From a virus, in the IMG/VR virus record IMGVR_UViG_3300013286_000725, positions 41,824 through 105,823 of that record: a stretch of 64,000 nucleotides of DNA; one strand, written 5' to 3'. The notes under the pieces are model-generated. The model was not told where the DNA came from and ran no database searches. It saw only the letters and a program-made list of their open reading frames with translations. Position 1 is the stretch's first letter. Each line of letters starts with the position of its first letter. Below are positions 27,611-42,300 of the stretch, piece by piece. The translations under genes and the position numbers were made by a program.

Positions 27611-29733
27611 TATACGATTGCACCAGTAAAAATTATGTAGTTAATAGTTTGATAAGGATTCATTGTATTAACTGGAACACTTAGATTGCCGCCATTTGCA
27701 TCAACTCCGCCACTATTGGGCAAGTACTGAGCAGTGTCAGCTTCTGTTGGACCAAGATTTAAATTTGACACAGTTTCTATGTCTGCAACATCCGATACTG
27801 CACTAGGACGAATAGCATAATACTGATTGCCTTTTAAGTTAGTGTCAGGATTGGTTCCTTTTAAATCATGTTTATGATCAGGAAGGTTTTGTGTTGATAA
27901 TGTAACTTGCTCATGGCCAGCGCTTGAACCAACTTGATCTGCACTTACATCTGTTACTCGATTGGCCATTGCGGCAATTGTAGTAATGTTTGTACCGTCA
28001 ATTACACTTTTAACTGTGGTCCCATTATTCATACTGTCAGGGCCTAGGGGGAATCGACCTCTTAGATCCGGAAGTGCAAATGTTGATTGTCCTTTTAATA
28101 ATCCCAATGCTTTATATGTATATTTTATAACTGCAAACAATTGTGGATAATTTGTAACTAGCTGCTCACTGCCATCGCAAAGCAAGTATCCGGACGGTAA
28201 AGTAACAGTGGGGTCTGTCAGATCGCCTGCCCATGGAAATATTGATCCTACGGGAACTGTGGCAATGTTTGACAAGAAACTTTGCTTGGTTGTTTTTAGC
28301 AGACCTACTCCAGGGCGGCTGACTACCAATAAATCAGTTGCATAAGAATCTGTTGCCAATGTTTTAGTGTTGATAAAAGTTGAGTCAAGGGTAGTAGTGA
28401 ATTCTGCTGTGCCACCTGTGCCATTAAAGCTAACGGTGTTGCTGGTAATATCGCCAACTAATCTAAAATTTGTTGGGCTGGTTAAACTGTTAGCACTTCC
28501 TGAAATTGATCCTTGAATTGTACTGTTAGAAGACAAATTACCGTTAAATGTGCCGTAAAAATTATTGGCATAAATTTTATTAAACTTAGCACCAGTTGAT
28601 CCAATATCAAACACACTATCTGTACTAGGTAACACAGCAGGTCCAGGTTTAGGATTACCTGCACCGTCGATCCAATTTAAATAAAGTTGTCCGTTAATTG
28701 TGGTATCATCGCCTAATGTACTGGTACTGGCCACTGTTAATGTAGTGCCAACTGATAATGTAGTTCCTGCGGTGATGCTAGTAGATGAGGCAATATCACC
28801 TGTTACATCAAGGGCTGCGGTAGGAGAAGTTTTATTAATACCAACAGTTGATCCTACTATACTCAACGGATTTAAACCATCCCCGTTTGGTGCTCTAACT
28901 CTAAGAAAAATCTTATTGTTAGTACTATCGTTATTGGATAGAACTACACCGGCATCTTGTTTTAATTCAACAGTGCTTGATCCAACTCCGATAGTTAATC
29001 CACGAGCATTTTGAATTGTTAATTTATTACTAGTAACACTATCAGCATCGCTTCTTAAAAAATTTGATGCTGCTACTGTTGTACCATTAACAACTAGGGC
29101 ACTTGCTTTTTCTGATAGCCCCCAAGAGGCATAGTTAGGACTAACATTAAAACCAACTTTTAAACTGGCATTTTCAAAGCCTCGAATAGTAATTTTAGGA
29201 GTAAATGCTTCGGTGGCAATAATAGCCACACTAATTCCGTTGACTAGAAAATTAATTATTGAATGATTAGTGTTGTTCGAATCTGCAATGATCTGTACTA
29301 GCGGCCCGCTTTCAGCGCCTGAACTATATTGAGGACCTACCAATATCCATGCACTACCCGACCATAGATATAGCTGTTGCTTAATAGTGTCAACCCATAA
29401 ATCTCCAACTACCGCAGTAGTTGGTTTGATCTGATTTTTCTTTACATTACCAGATGCAACCCATCCAATACCGTCCCATATTTTTAACTGGGGTTGTGGG
29501 GTAGGGCTGTTGGTATTAGTATCATACCATAGCTGTCCAAGTGTTGGGTGGCTAGGAGCAGACGGACTGGCGAAATTTTCTAATAGGTGAAGGAAATTTT
29601 CACCTAATTTTTGACTGTAGCCTGTATAGTTTTTTCCAATAAAAGTTAAACTTGTACTAGTATTGTTTACACCGCCATCTGGTACTACTATGGCTTGGTA
29701 TGACGGATCACTATGATTGATGTTGTATGACAT
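27610..29733 (-). CDS. Short tail fibre with tail-collar domain
   Basis: PVGSIFPWAG...GYLLCDGS...YPQLFAVI...FALPDLRGRFPLG; ends NPYQTINYII. Confidence 0.85.
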   Translation of the reverse strand: MSYNINHSDPSYQAIVVPDGGVNNTSTSLTFIGKNYTGYSQKLGENFLHLLENFASPSAPSHPTLGQLWYDTNTNSPTPQPQLKIWDGIGWVASGNVKKNQIKPTTAVVGDLWVDTIKQQLYLWSGSAWILVGPQYSSGAESGPLVQIIADSNNTNHSIINFLVNGISVAIIATEAFTPKITIRGFENASLKVGFNVSPNYASWGLSEKASALVVNGTTVAASNFLRSDADSVTSNKLTIQNARGLTIGVGSSTVELKQDAGVVLSNNDSTNNKIFLRVRAPNGDGLNPLSIVGSTVGINKTSPTAALDVTGDIASSTSITAGTTLSVGTTLTVASTSTLGDDTTINGQLYLNWIDGAGNPKPGPAVLPSTDSVFDIGSTGAKFNKIYANNFYGTFNGNLSSNSTIQGSISGSANSLTSPTNFRLVGDITSNTVSFNGTGGTAEFTTTLDSTFINTKTLATDSYATDLLVVSRPGVGLLKTTKQSFLSNIATVPVGSIFPWAGDLTDPTVTLPSGYLLCDGSEQLVTNYPQLFAVIKYTYKALGLLKGQSTFALPDLRGRFPLGPDSMNNGTTVKSVIDGTNITTIAAMANRVTDVSADQVGSSAGHEQVTLSTQNLPDHKHDLKGTNPDTNLKGNQYYAIRPSAVSDVADIETVSNLNLGPTEADTAQYLPNSGGVDANGGNLSVPVNTMNPYQTINYIIFTGAIV

Positions 29734-30332
29734 TAGGCTACCTCACTAAGACCGGTCAAACTCTGTATACGAACCGTATAATCAATTTGTATGAGTCTGT
29801 TCAGACTTTTTTGTACAGGATGAAAAATAACATGAGTTAGTAACTGCCCGTCTAATGTTTTTAATCCCAGTTCATCAAATACAAAGTCACTTTTGTTATT
29901 TGTGGTATTGTCAAATGCACTTTGGCCGCTGGGCTCGCCGTAGTCTAGAAAACAGGTAACAAATACATCAGTATAATTGGTTCCGGTTACATGTCGAGTT
30001 TCAAGGTAGTTCCTTGTGGGGTCTAAGTTGGTAACTGAATTATTATCCACAACTTTTTGATATTTTTGATTGTATAAACTTGCATTTGTGCCTGTAGAGT
30101 TAGGAGTAAGATATGTAATAATACCCGTTGGATTAATGCTTGTGCCGCCATTACCGAATGCCATACCGTAGATAAATCCCTTCCTTGTATTAGCAATGCT
30201 CTGTGCAAGAGCCACACTCATGTTTTCGTAATGAATAGCATTACGCTTGTTTATATAGATTTCTTGTGTTTCGGGGTCATAAATTTTAATATGCCCTTCG
30301 ATATGTATTCCGGATAAGTCTTTACTCTGCAT
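29733..30332 (-). CDS. Baseplate/fibre-attachment structural protein
   Basis: 199 aa within tail module; FDELGL...HVIFHPVQKSLNR. Confidence 0.6.
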   Translation of the reverse strand: MQSKDLSGIHIEGHIKIYDPETQEIYINKRNAIHYENMSVALAQSIANTRKGFIYGMAFGNGGTSINPTGIITYLTPNSTGTNASLYNQKYQKVVDNNSVTNLDPTRNYLETRHVTGTNYTDVFVTCFLDYGEPSGQSAFDNTTNNKSDFVFDELGLKTLDGQLLTHVIFHPVQKSLNRLIQIDYTVRIQSLTGLSEVA

Positions 30333-30352
30333 GTTGATCTCTCATAGTTTAT

Positions 30353-30359
30353 TATTTAT
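30353..30359 (-). promoter_or_regulatory. Late promoter motif ATAAATA
   Basis: Overlaps stop of giant gene, upstream of 30332. Confidence 0.5.
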
Positions 30360-33300
30360 CGTGGCCAGATAGTAGTACTTTTCTTCACGAAATTAGCAAC
30401 AATACTATTGGAATTTCTTAAAGATTGGTCCATCTCTCCCCACAACTGTCCTTGTTTTTTTACTAAAATGATTTTAGTGTTAGCAGCTGGTGGTGTTCTC
30501 AAACTGACAATACTGTTATTGACTGTAAATTCAGGCGGTAGTATTATGTCGCCGGCAGGGCTATACGGATATCCTAAAGTTTCAGAATACACTGTATATG
30601 CTGATTTTTTCAAACGATAGCCGCCAACAAATACTTCAATTTCATTAATATTATCAATATTAAAAGTAGGAGTTACAGTTGTACCAGTACCATCTGCTAT
30701 GAATGTTTCTACTAACTCGCTATCAGTATAAGGAACAGTTTCTCCTGAACTAACATCTTGCACTAGAGAATTAACTGCATGTATTGTGGGAACTCCGGTT
30801 CCCAAAGTTCCTCGTCTTAGTTGACTAATAACATTGCCTAGTTTGTAAAAATATTCAATTCGTTCTCCGTTGATAAACACCACACCTGGAAGATTCAGTG
30901 TTGGATTTGGCGTGGTTAATACTGATCCGTCAACAACTGCAATATCAGCAGAAGTTTGTTTCACTGCTTCTCTTAATGTAGTTGAAGATGCTGCATTTAA
31001 TCTCTTGTAGTGTGTTCGATTTAAAATATCTTTAAATTGCATAAATCCGAAACTATTTTCTTTAATAGGTATTCCATTAAATGCAATGACTTGTATAACA
31101 TCAGTGATTACTAGGGTAGATGTCAGCTGAATTGTTTTATAGTCAGACAAAATAATATAATCTACATTTAAAGTTAATAATTGATTATTTTTAATAACCC
31201 ATACTCTATCTTCAGCAACAACTTTGTCTGCTAATTTAAATTTTCCGCCAGTTTTGGCAGTAAATTCAAAATACTCACTAGTATCTGGAACTAAGGTTGT
31301 TGCTGGTATCATCGTATCAGTTGTTCGTTTAATATCCAAAATAGAATGATTGTAGAAAGTGGTAACATCTATAGCAGTGTCTTGAGCATGTAGATTTTTA
31401 AATGTTATTGTGCCATTGTCGTTAATTCTGTAATCGTCATTGGCATCAACAACGATTGTCAATTTGGCATTATTAATATACGACGACGGTACTAACACAA
31501 CTGAGATTGTGTCGCTGTTTACTGTGAAGTCAGCGCCAAAATTTAATTTTATTCCGTTGACAAATACCCTAATATCAGTTACGGCAAGATTGTATGGTGC
31601 GAATTGATAGGTAGGAATAGTATATTCTAATTGATTGTCGGCCAGTATATGATAAAATGCAGTTGGCGGTTTAAGCACTGTTGATCCTGCACGAACCAAC
31701 ACATTGGTTTCGTAGGGTAGTAATCCAGGAGTAGACAACACAGACGATGTCAAATTATCTAAACTGTAGGTATAATCAGTTCCGTTAGTTATTATTGATT
31801 GACTTTTTACAATACTGCTAGTACTGTCATTGACATTGATAATATATGTAACAATGCTACCGTTGGTCGGAATAGTTCCAAATCTAATTGCGGTTCTGTT
31901 GTTGCTGGCGTAAGTGTTATCTGTTTTAAACAGTACATAGTTTACTATCACGCCGTCAACTAACACAGTGGCATTCAAATTATCTTCTAACCACGGTGCC
32001 CGTGTAACAAACTCGTTAGTAGTACCGTCACTGACAAAATAATCTATATCTAATAGATTAGTACTACTAGGTCCAAAACTGATTATGCTGACTACTGAAT
32101 TCGCTGTAGGCACATTGACCAATGTGACCAAATTAGTGTTCATATCAATTTGATAGTCACCGGCTTCAATAATAGTTGTTCCAACTTTGACTATTATTGA
32201 ATGATTTAATAAAAGTTTTTGAGCTATTGAATAAGTTGCTCCAACGCCGTCGGCTAGATAATTTTTAAAGAAAATAGTTGAATTGCCGCTGCTCGGTCTA
32301 GTATAAACTTTTATGGCCAAACTATCTAATATTTGTCCAGGTACAACTTCTTCGGGTGCGTGACTTGTCATGGGTGTAACAAACCCATCACCGTCAACAT
32401 TGATATCATCAGGATTGACACCTATTGCTGTGCTTAATACTGTGCCTATAAATCGTCCGCCGTCCAGACTAGTGTCGTAAGAATCAGCATCAGGTGTTAT
32501 ACTGCTATCGCTTGCACGATTGTTTGTGTAGGAATCCCATTGATCAGATGCCCATCCTGCATCATTGTCCCAACCGCCTGCAATATGGAAATCTAATCCG
32601 CTTATATTAACTCCTGCATAATCAACACCGGTCATCAACTGAGAAAGATCTTTGGCGATTTCACCGGCTGCTGGGTTGTAATAAAAATTAATTCTATCAG
32701 TTGCAGACAAGTGATTAAAATCTTTTTCATAGTCAACAACAATCTTGGCACCTTTAGCAGGAGCAGAATCTAATTTTAAAATGCCAAAATATTTTGTAGT
32801 TCCATTTGCAGTAGTAGAAGTATTAGATAAAGAATATTCGTTTTTTAATACCTCAATTCCGTCTACAGTAACTCGTTGATAGATTGTAATTTCTGTTTTT
32901 GGGCTCCAAGTCAGCGAAAATTGTAGTCTTGATCCCGTACCAGTGAAAATATCAGTATGTAACAGAGTCGACGAATAGTAGGATTTTGAGATTCTATCAA
33001 ATTTAATTGCCAATTTGCTAGTTCTAACAACTTCACTTTCTATTATAGCAACAGCTCTTGCAGCCACACCTCGAATTCCTAGGCCGCCGGCTAATACAAT
33101 TTGTGGAGCTTTTAGGTAACCCGTTCCTTGATTTACTAGATCAATTCTATTGACTTTCCCGCCGGCTATGTATGCCTTTGCTACTGCATTTTGTCCGTAG
33201 CCGTCCAAGATCTTAACCACAGGTTCTGAAATATATCCAGAGCCGCCATCAACAATCTTTATCGAGTTTATTTTAAATCCAACATTTTCTAACCACATTT

Positions 33301-36300
33301 TCCAAGGATAAGTGTTGATAACCGCCGAGTCGTATTCTACAATTCCTTGATCAGATACCGATACTGCAATAGGATGTATCTGCTGAGTTGAATCTATTAC
33401 TGGCAATAGATCAAAATCTGATACAGCATGTTTTGCGTAATCTATAGAATCATACGCACTGACATATTCTCTAATTTTTGTTCTATAAGGTTTGACTTCG
33501 TTAACATAATCCTCAAAGTTTTTAAGATTATCGTTGTTATAAGTTACTTTTTGTTTGAGCATGCCGACATTGTGTCGTGCTTTGACAAAGCTAGTTTTGA
33601 ATGCCCAGTCAACAAAACTTTGTTCATACATAACATATCGCAAACTTGCGAAGAACAATTTTAAATATTCTAATCGCAATTCGTTGATTAATAACTTGTG
33701 CTTTATAGTGTCTAAAATTATGTTCAATTCTATGCTGGCAAAGTCGTCATATGTTGCGCCGTCATACAATTGATCATCAAAACCCAATACAGTATTTGCA
33801 TAATCATATAGACTACTTGAAAATTCAATTGTGCCGTTATATCTGCCAACAACTGTGTAATTTTGTGTATAATCAATTGTAACAGTATTACTGTATTTTT
33901 GTAGTAATATCCAGCCTCCGGTTCCAATATTTTTTACTTTGACAACATCTCCAATATTTGAAGTTAATGATGATAAGAAATAGGTATTGTCCACAATGTA
34001 ATCAATTTTTGTAAACTGATTATACCCGGTAGCATACCAGTCAATATATTTCCAAAATTTTGTAACATCATAGGACTGTGATTTTACTCGAGCCCAAGAT
34101 TTAGTTCCAGCATTCCACTGCAATATTGCCCATTTATCAAACACAAACGCATCGCTAGTGACTAAAACAGAGTATGGTCGTATACTTAAACTAGTGGTAA
34201 GGGTGTTGTAGCCTTCGCCGCCGTCGAGGATAGTGTAACCGTTTATTCTACCAAGATTATCTAAAGTTGTTTTAATTACAGCACCATTGCCCGTTCCAGT
34301 TACAGTGACAAATGGAGCATTAATATATCCAAATCCTTTGTTAGTAAAACTAACTTCAGTAATTACTCCTTTCACCACGGTAGCAGTGGCAGACGCTTGA
34401 GAAAGATTTGAAGTTCCAATATATTGTAATTCTGCCCCCAACGAGATTGTGATATCCCATTTGCCTGTTATATAACTAGGGGCAGATTCATACTTTGATA
34501 AACTGGTAATATCGTGTGAGTCAGAAATTAAAACTTTTGCTAACACTGTGTTAGTTCTAGTTATGAATTGCTTTAATGCTTCTAACCTATTGATAAACAT
34601 ACCTTGTCTTGGTCTAAATTGGACTCCGTAACGCTGTTTAACAGGTAACGATAAATTAGGAACTGTTTCATCATTGGCGTCGCGACCAGAAAGACTGTGA
34701 AACCATTTAGTTTCAATTTGTGCCGGTAATTCAGTGTCAATGTCTTCGCTGATTATTTTCCATTCGGTATGAAGATTTAATTCTTGATTATCAACAGTCC
34801 AATACTCTACATGTAAAGCAATGTCTGTAGATTTTAAATATTTTTTGCAATTGACTAGGTTAAAACTGTTGGTCCCTGTAAGTGCAAGACAGCTATAGCC
34901 ATAGGCAGTTGGATCCGTAATCAGCGAAGATACTTCGGCTGCCGATAATGATCTGCCTAGTGCATTAGGTACAATCTGTTTGTTTCTAACCCAGAAATAG
35001 TAGGTAGTGATCAATACTTCACTAACAGAATCATAGCGTTGGCTTGTACTATATACTGCATCACCATACAAACTCTTGCCGCTTATATTGACAGCAAGCC
35101 CTGCTTCAGTATCTGCCCTGGCATCCCATTGACTTGGTTTTAGTCTTGACGATACCCATTCGTAAACATCAATACTAGCACTATTATACAATTTGTTCCA
35201 ATTAGTACTTCTGTAAACAATGTCGCCGTCTACATTTTCTATGAACTTGGCTCTTGTAAGATCCCACCACAGCACCCCAACTTTGTCAGCTAACCAATTT
35301 GCACCGTTATCTATGTTAGCGCCTGAAACTGTTTTATCAGTGTAGGAGTATACTGCTGGATCATAGTATGTTTTATATCTAATTTCTTGATCAGCTACTC
35401 CGGGAATGTGTCCTTGGATAGGCTCAACAATATCAAGATAAGTCACAATCTGATTTGACTTTTTATTATACAAGAATACTTTTTTAATTTTGTCAAGATT
35501 TATTCTATCAATCTGTTTGTGGTAAACTGACCAGGTCTTACTTCCAGCATTTTTTGTATAACTATAAACTAGTCCAGAATTAACAACAACCTTATCTTCT
35601 TCTTGTGGTGCCCCTACAATCACAGTATTATTTCCTACTGCAACGGACATACCGTATCTAGTAGATATTGGAAGTGCATCGTTTGACACAATTCCCGAGA
35701 AACTTTCTGCATAGATAAACTTAGTGTTATACCTATCAAAAATATCAACTCTTCCAGATTGTATTAATCTATCAATAAATTTTAAAGACTTACTGTCAAA
35801 AGTTGTCATACCAGTGTCAAACATTGTGTCATTGCTGATATTTCCGTTAGCTGACAACACTACTAGAGAATTTGAAGAATCTATAAAACTAACAAATGCA
35901 CCATAATGTTCATTTTCTTCATCTTTAGGACTTGATATTGTCTGTAAAAGATCATAGGTAAAATTAGAATCAATAAGTTTATTAAAAATATTTACTTTGC
36001 CATCTGACACGCTGGTTAACGATGACAACGGTGAGCCAACTGCTAGGTAGGCGCCGGTGGTTGATAAAGAAACACTTTCTCCAAATCTATCCCCGTCATC
36101 AATTGTTGGCACTTGTTGTCCACCAATGGTTGACATTAGACTGTAGGATGCTCCGTCGTATTGATATAAAAATATTCTACCGGTATTGGGATAATTTTGA
36201 TTAGATAACAGAGTCCAGTTGGCATTAGGCGGTGCATCTGTTGTTGTGTGTAGTGCTTTAAAATAATTACCTGCATTGACTACCACTTGATTTGCAGTAT

Positions 36301-39300
36301 AGAGTGTACCAAACTGATATTCTCCTTGTAATCCAGCAAAACTATTTTGGTCTGATCCCGGAGCACCAACAACTAGGATATCACCCGTTTTAGTTGCGCT
36401 TACAGAATATCCAAATTGATCACCGGCAAATGTTACAGCAGACAATGTCTGCGTATGTGTCCAGGTAGTATTGGAAGAAGTGTATATGTCAACTTGTCCT
36501 TGTGACGAATTATAACCAACACTAGACACTGCTAGCATGTAGGTTGTTGCAGCACCAACAGAGTATTGACTAAAGGCCAATTTAGAACCAAATTGATCAT
36601 TGGCTAAGATATTATTAGGCGGCGTTAGCACAGTGGTAATATTAAAACTTACCGACCCAATTGATATTATAGTTACTGTATTTGTTGTAGGATTACTATA
36701 GGCCAATATATTGCTGTCTGGACTAAATGCAATATCACCTGTTGCAATAGTTGTTATAATATTTGTGTAATTGTCCCAGGTGCCGTCGATGTTCTTACTA
36801 GATAGACTTATTTTATTATTATCGGCAACAGCAATAGTATTACCATTTAATGATACTGCAATTTTTTTACCGTAATTTAATCCTGTACTAGGAGATAGAT
36901 TTGTAACTAAATTTTCATTATAAACGGGGTTGTTTTTATAAACCGTCCATTGACCAAGACCGTTGTTATCTGCCCATAGTAGCTCATTAAGTTTGATAGA
37001 CTTTGGCAATACTGTATTTGCATTGTCAATACTGTCAACCCTGCTCTTAATAAACTTGTATGAAGTAATTTGAGAAAGATCTTTAACTAAAAATTCAGTG
37101 TGTGTAAATCCTTCAACCGTTGCGTTGATATTAATTGTGGCATTTGTTATGGAATCTATTCGATAAAATCTATTCAATGCTTTGGTGTTTTTGATACCAA
37201 TTATGTCGCCTTGACTAACATTAGGTATTCTATTACAGACAATACTTAACACTTCGTTAGAGTAGGTTACATCAAGAATTTTAAAATCATTTCTTGTGAA
37301 TCTATAAACATTCCAATTAGCAGATTCAAATGCACACCATACATAATCTCCATCATTAAAAGCTGTTATATTTTGAGAAAATATATTGTTTTTAAGGCCG
37401 GTTAACGAATCAATACTATAATTGACATCATCGTATCTTACATACCCTGGGGTCCTTAAATACCCATCTTTATTTGATACCGGCCATGGATTATTATTAT
37501 AACCTACAGGTTTAATGTATACATCAGTAGGTATTTGTCTATAGACAAAGTCTAATAATGCAGGATCAACACGATTAACTAACTCAAAAGGCTGAGGATT
37601 TATTTTAAATTCAGTTTCGTCTAAAATAAATTCTATTTCGTCAAATGTATCAACTGCTCCGTACTCTCCAACACGAACTGCCCATTCTTCATTAAAAGTC
37701 AAACTTTCCATGTGATCTGTACTAAGCACATCAAATAACTTGTTTAATACATTCTGAGTACCTTTTTCAATTATCATTCCCTGATAAAATTTGTACTGGC
37801 TTACATCGTCCTGTATGATGTTGGCAAGATACTGCCTCGGTTGGTATCCAATTAAATGTTGAGCAAACTTTTGTTGCTGTACATCAAAATTTCCGCTGTT
37901 TAGATTATAGAAATCTGTAAATTGCTCAACTTTGTAATCCCAATTTGGTAATAATTGAGGTGTTGGTTGTTTAGTTAATTTTACCCATTGTTTGTCATTA
38001 AATTTATTTGCGCCGGGTAATGACACTGTTGCACTGTAGTAGAATGATTTATATTTTACAATGTCGCCTAGATGATAATCGGTGTAAGGGGCCCAGTCAC
38101 TTATTTTAGCTTGGTCAAAAATGAATCCAGGAATATTAAATGAACCGTTCCAATTTTTTGTTATGTATCCAAGCACTTTGACTTTTTCTTGTCTATAACC
38201 TGGTTCAAGGTTATAAATTACATCATTAAACATTGTACGATTATCTAACAACAATACATGTTCTTTTTGTACTAAAAATATTACTGCACCATATATTCCG
38301 TGCTGAGTATTGGATGATGCTAATACAAATCCACTGTCGTTTCGATAGATATTAGTTAGATGTAAATCTAACATTTGTCCATCAACTCTAAAAATATGAT
38401 ATCCGTAAAATGCATCGTTGATATCGTTTACTGTGGTAAATTCAGTAATTAGTGTTAGTTGAGATGCGGCAGGACTTAGGCTCAGCACAGTGCCGCCGGC
38501 CCATCCTTGAGTTGTCCAGAATACGAATTCATTAGCAGCATTAGTCCAATTATTAACTGTGGTTAAATTATTATTAAAATTATCAAATGTAAACCCTTGA
38601 TCTTTTAAATATTCACCGTAACCTAATAAAAAATCTACTACAGACTGAATTGAAGATAACTGAGCACCGTAGCTTAAAACATTCTCGGTGGTCTTATCCC
38701 ATGTATCTCTAATATAAAAATCTACGCCGCCAGTATTTGGCAGTCCTGATAACTTTGCAAACAGGCCGGTATTAAATGCAGTTAAACTAGTGTGTGTAGA
38801 TGTTACTCGATAATATGCACTGCCGTATCGTACTACAGTGCCAACAAGGTAATATTGATTTTCACTCCAAGTAACATAGCTTTCACTAAGGCCGGCAATG
38901 TTGGTTAATTGACCTTCTAGTTGGTAAGAATAATATTTAAAATAGGGATGCTCGTTTGTATAACCTGAAATTTCAAATGATGTTCCGTCTGCACCTTTTG
39001 TGATAATTACACCGCTGTAGATTAGTTTTTGTACAGGACTGCTAGTGTTTAAAAATATATTATAATTTTCTTGCGGGACAAAAACTCCGCCGGTGCTAGC
39101 AGGATTTTTACTGTCTAAAAGTAAATTAAATTTGGGCTTGCTGGTAAAGCCTCCAAGTTTTGATCCTAATTGATTTGTTAAAGATTGTAAATCTGCCATA
39201 TACTGATCTACAAGCGTGGTGGTTTCGCCTGACATATAATCAACAATATAATTGACCAGTCCTGCTGTAAATACTCTGCTAGTACTTAACACAGTGCTAG

Positions 39301-42300
39301 GCAGTTCAATGTCGGCCAATCTAATTCTTAAACCTGTTTTACTGTAAACAAATTGTCCTGCTAGATTTTTTACAATTCTACTACGATCAAAACAAGTGCC
39401 TAGTACTTTGTTTGGTTTTAATAAAAGAGCAGTTTGCATCAGTGCAAATGGATAATATGACGATTTACGCCATGCCGATTCAACTGGGCTGTAATCCCCA
39501 AATACATAATTGCTAGAAATTGCAGTGCTAAAATAACCATCAATAAAATTTGTATCTAATGGATTTAACAGATTGCCTTGTTCGTCAACAGGGAGACCGT
39601 TGTTTAAAATAGTTCGTATGAATCTTGCATCCTGGCGGACTACTTTATTTGGTTCTCTAATAATACCGTTTTGTATGTCTTCCCATAATAATAGGTTGCC
39701 GCTTGTATAAGGTGCCGGCCCATATACTTTAGTCCACCACTTAGGTTCTTCGCTAAACCCTAGCGTTTCCCAAGGAGTAACATTTGGCCTATCAGTATCT
39801 AGAAACCATTTATAAATACCTCTCCAATAAGCAGGAATATTAGTGCCACGAGGACTATAGCTGCTAGCATAATTAAAAGTAAACGGGTCACTTCCGTTAT
39901 AATCAGTTTGCTTAGTATAATCTTGTGCTATTAGTTGTGTCCACTGATAAAAAAAGATGGCTAGGACTTGTTCAAATTCTTTCTTTGAGTAATTTGTAGT
40001 TCTATCATATCCAGGAATAAATTCATAGATATCAAAAATATCAGAGTCGTAGTTGACTTTGATATTATTGTAAATTCTTTTTTCTAATTCTAATAATAGG
40101 TCATCTCTGAAATCGTTAAATGCAATAGTGATACTACCGTCGTGCCCTTGTATAACTTTCCGTGGAGTCCTATAGGTATTGTCAACATAAATCTTAGGCT
40201 CAAATTTAGGATATAATCCTAATTTAGTTGGTGTTGCGGGACAAAAACTGCCATCTGTCGAATGATATTCGTAGGCTTCAATTATTCCGCCTTCGGTCAA
40301 CTCAATATGTAATTCAAAGAAAACATCTGAACCAAAGGTATAATCTTTGCCGTGTAATAACTGCATACCGTTATAATATATATTGACTGTTTGATTGCTC
40401 AACTTAGTGAGATCAAATGTTTCAGTTAACGGATATTTTTTAATTCGTGCATCTAGTACTATATATTCTGATCGGACAGACCCGCTGTATGCAAACATGT
40501 CAGACAGGTAGTAAGATTGAGTTTTAGGAATGTTCGCAGTGACTATTGACAATACATGATCAACATGCTGTTTAACTTCTGTGTCAATACCCGATTCGTT
40601 TGCGGCAATTAAGAACGCTCGTTTAAACTTAGCATAATCATCTTTTGCAGTACTTAATGCTTTAAATACATTTGCTTGTTGATTGCCTAAGTGGTATAGA
40701 CTTAGATTAACTGATCCGCTGTGTTGAACAAACTTTGTTCCGTATGGGGTTAAATCTCCTAAGTCTCTTAGATTACTGTTTCCAGGGTAAGCGCCGACGA
40801 ATCCAGTAATGTTATCAATGATTGAATCAACATGATTAATAACTTCACCTAAGGTAAAATTAATTAAATTATCATTCAAAGGATTGTTTTGTAAATTAAT
40901 TGGAATTTCATAATAACCGTTTTGATTTTTAGAACTAGCACTAAAACATTTTAAAGTGACAACATCTGTTAAAGTAACATCGGTGTTTAGACGAATTAAT
41001 TTTATCGATGCTGTTGTAACAATTGAAAACTTGTTTTGGTCTAGACGATGCCCATTAACATACACACGAATTACTAGATCCGTTAGGGTGTTTACATTAT
41101 TATAAACATCAACAGGAAAATTGTTTATTAAATTACTTTGTTTAAAAATTCTTACCACAGGCTGTATACGATCAACCAGTGATTTTTTCCAACCATTTAC
41201 ATAGTTAAAAGTTATAAGATTTGTGATTAATTTTAAAAATCCAGTATTTGTATTTTTAATACTAACCTGTGTGTTGGTTTTGTATTCAAAACTGTCATTT
41301 AACAAATCAAAAGTAAACGAAATGTCTCCAACATTATTAATATTCTGATACGACAGCGCAAATCCCAGTTCAGTATCAATCAAAGAAGATAAACTAGGTT
41401 TATAAGAAAATAATTTGGTTCCTACAAATTTTGATCCAGGGTATACCGTAGTGTCACCATAGCTGATACCATTAGTGTCTACCACATCAAATAGAGGAAA
41501 TTGATTAACTTTGAGTTTAACAGGCCCTAATTTCCAGGCTGTGCCGTCAAACCAATACATATTTCCTTGGTTTGTAGTACCTTGTCTAACTAATACAGTC
41601 TCATTTAGTTTTGGTGTTGCGTCAGCTTCTTCAACCAAGTTGATTTGTCTTAGTTGACCCGTTTGATCTGAGAGTTGATGAGTCCCTGCTCCTATTTTTA
41701 ACAAATCAACTGGTGCAGTTAATGACTTGTTAAGATATAATTTGATTGCAGTGTTGCTGATAACATATACATAGTAACTCTTACGGTTCAGTAATCCAGA
41801 AATATCACTATTGGCATTATTTAAATAGATAACTTGTGTTCCTGTTACAAATCCGTGCGGTGAGCCGACTGAAAAATTAATTATATTTTTATCTATATCA
41901 ATTTGGCTTGCATCAAATTCAGAAATTTTTGCAGGATCTTGTATGGTTAAAAAATTGACCTTGTAAATTTTATTTTTAACTCTACCGTCAGTGTCTGCAG
42001 AAAATAACACACGCATGCCGTTAGTCAAAGGAACACCGTCAACAAGGTAGCCTAAACTTCCTTCAACACCGCTAAAGGCATCAGTAGTAACAGTATCAAT
42101 TACATCAATGTCTGTCTTACACTGATGCCCAAAATTAAATAATTTTAATCCTGCTTGGAATTCAATAATAGGTCTTTTTGCCCTTGCTGCCTGATCAAAT
42201 TCAGGAACTTGCCCTGTTGCAGATGCAATTGCAGTGATTACAGACTGATGGAACCATCGATTATATCGACTCCACGGATTCTTATCTGGACTGCCTCTAG

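Noticed and set aside
19049-29733. Diversity-generating retroelement or invertible fibre cassette
   Set aside because: No reverse transcriptase or invertase in the window and no near-identical nucleotide repeat pair noticed; similarity is protein-level only.
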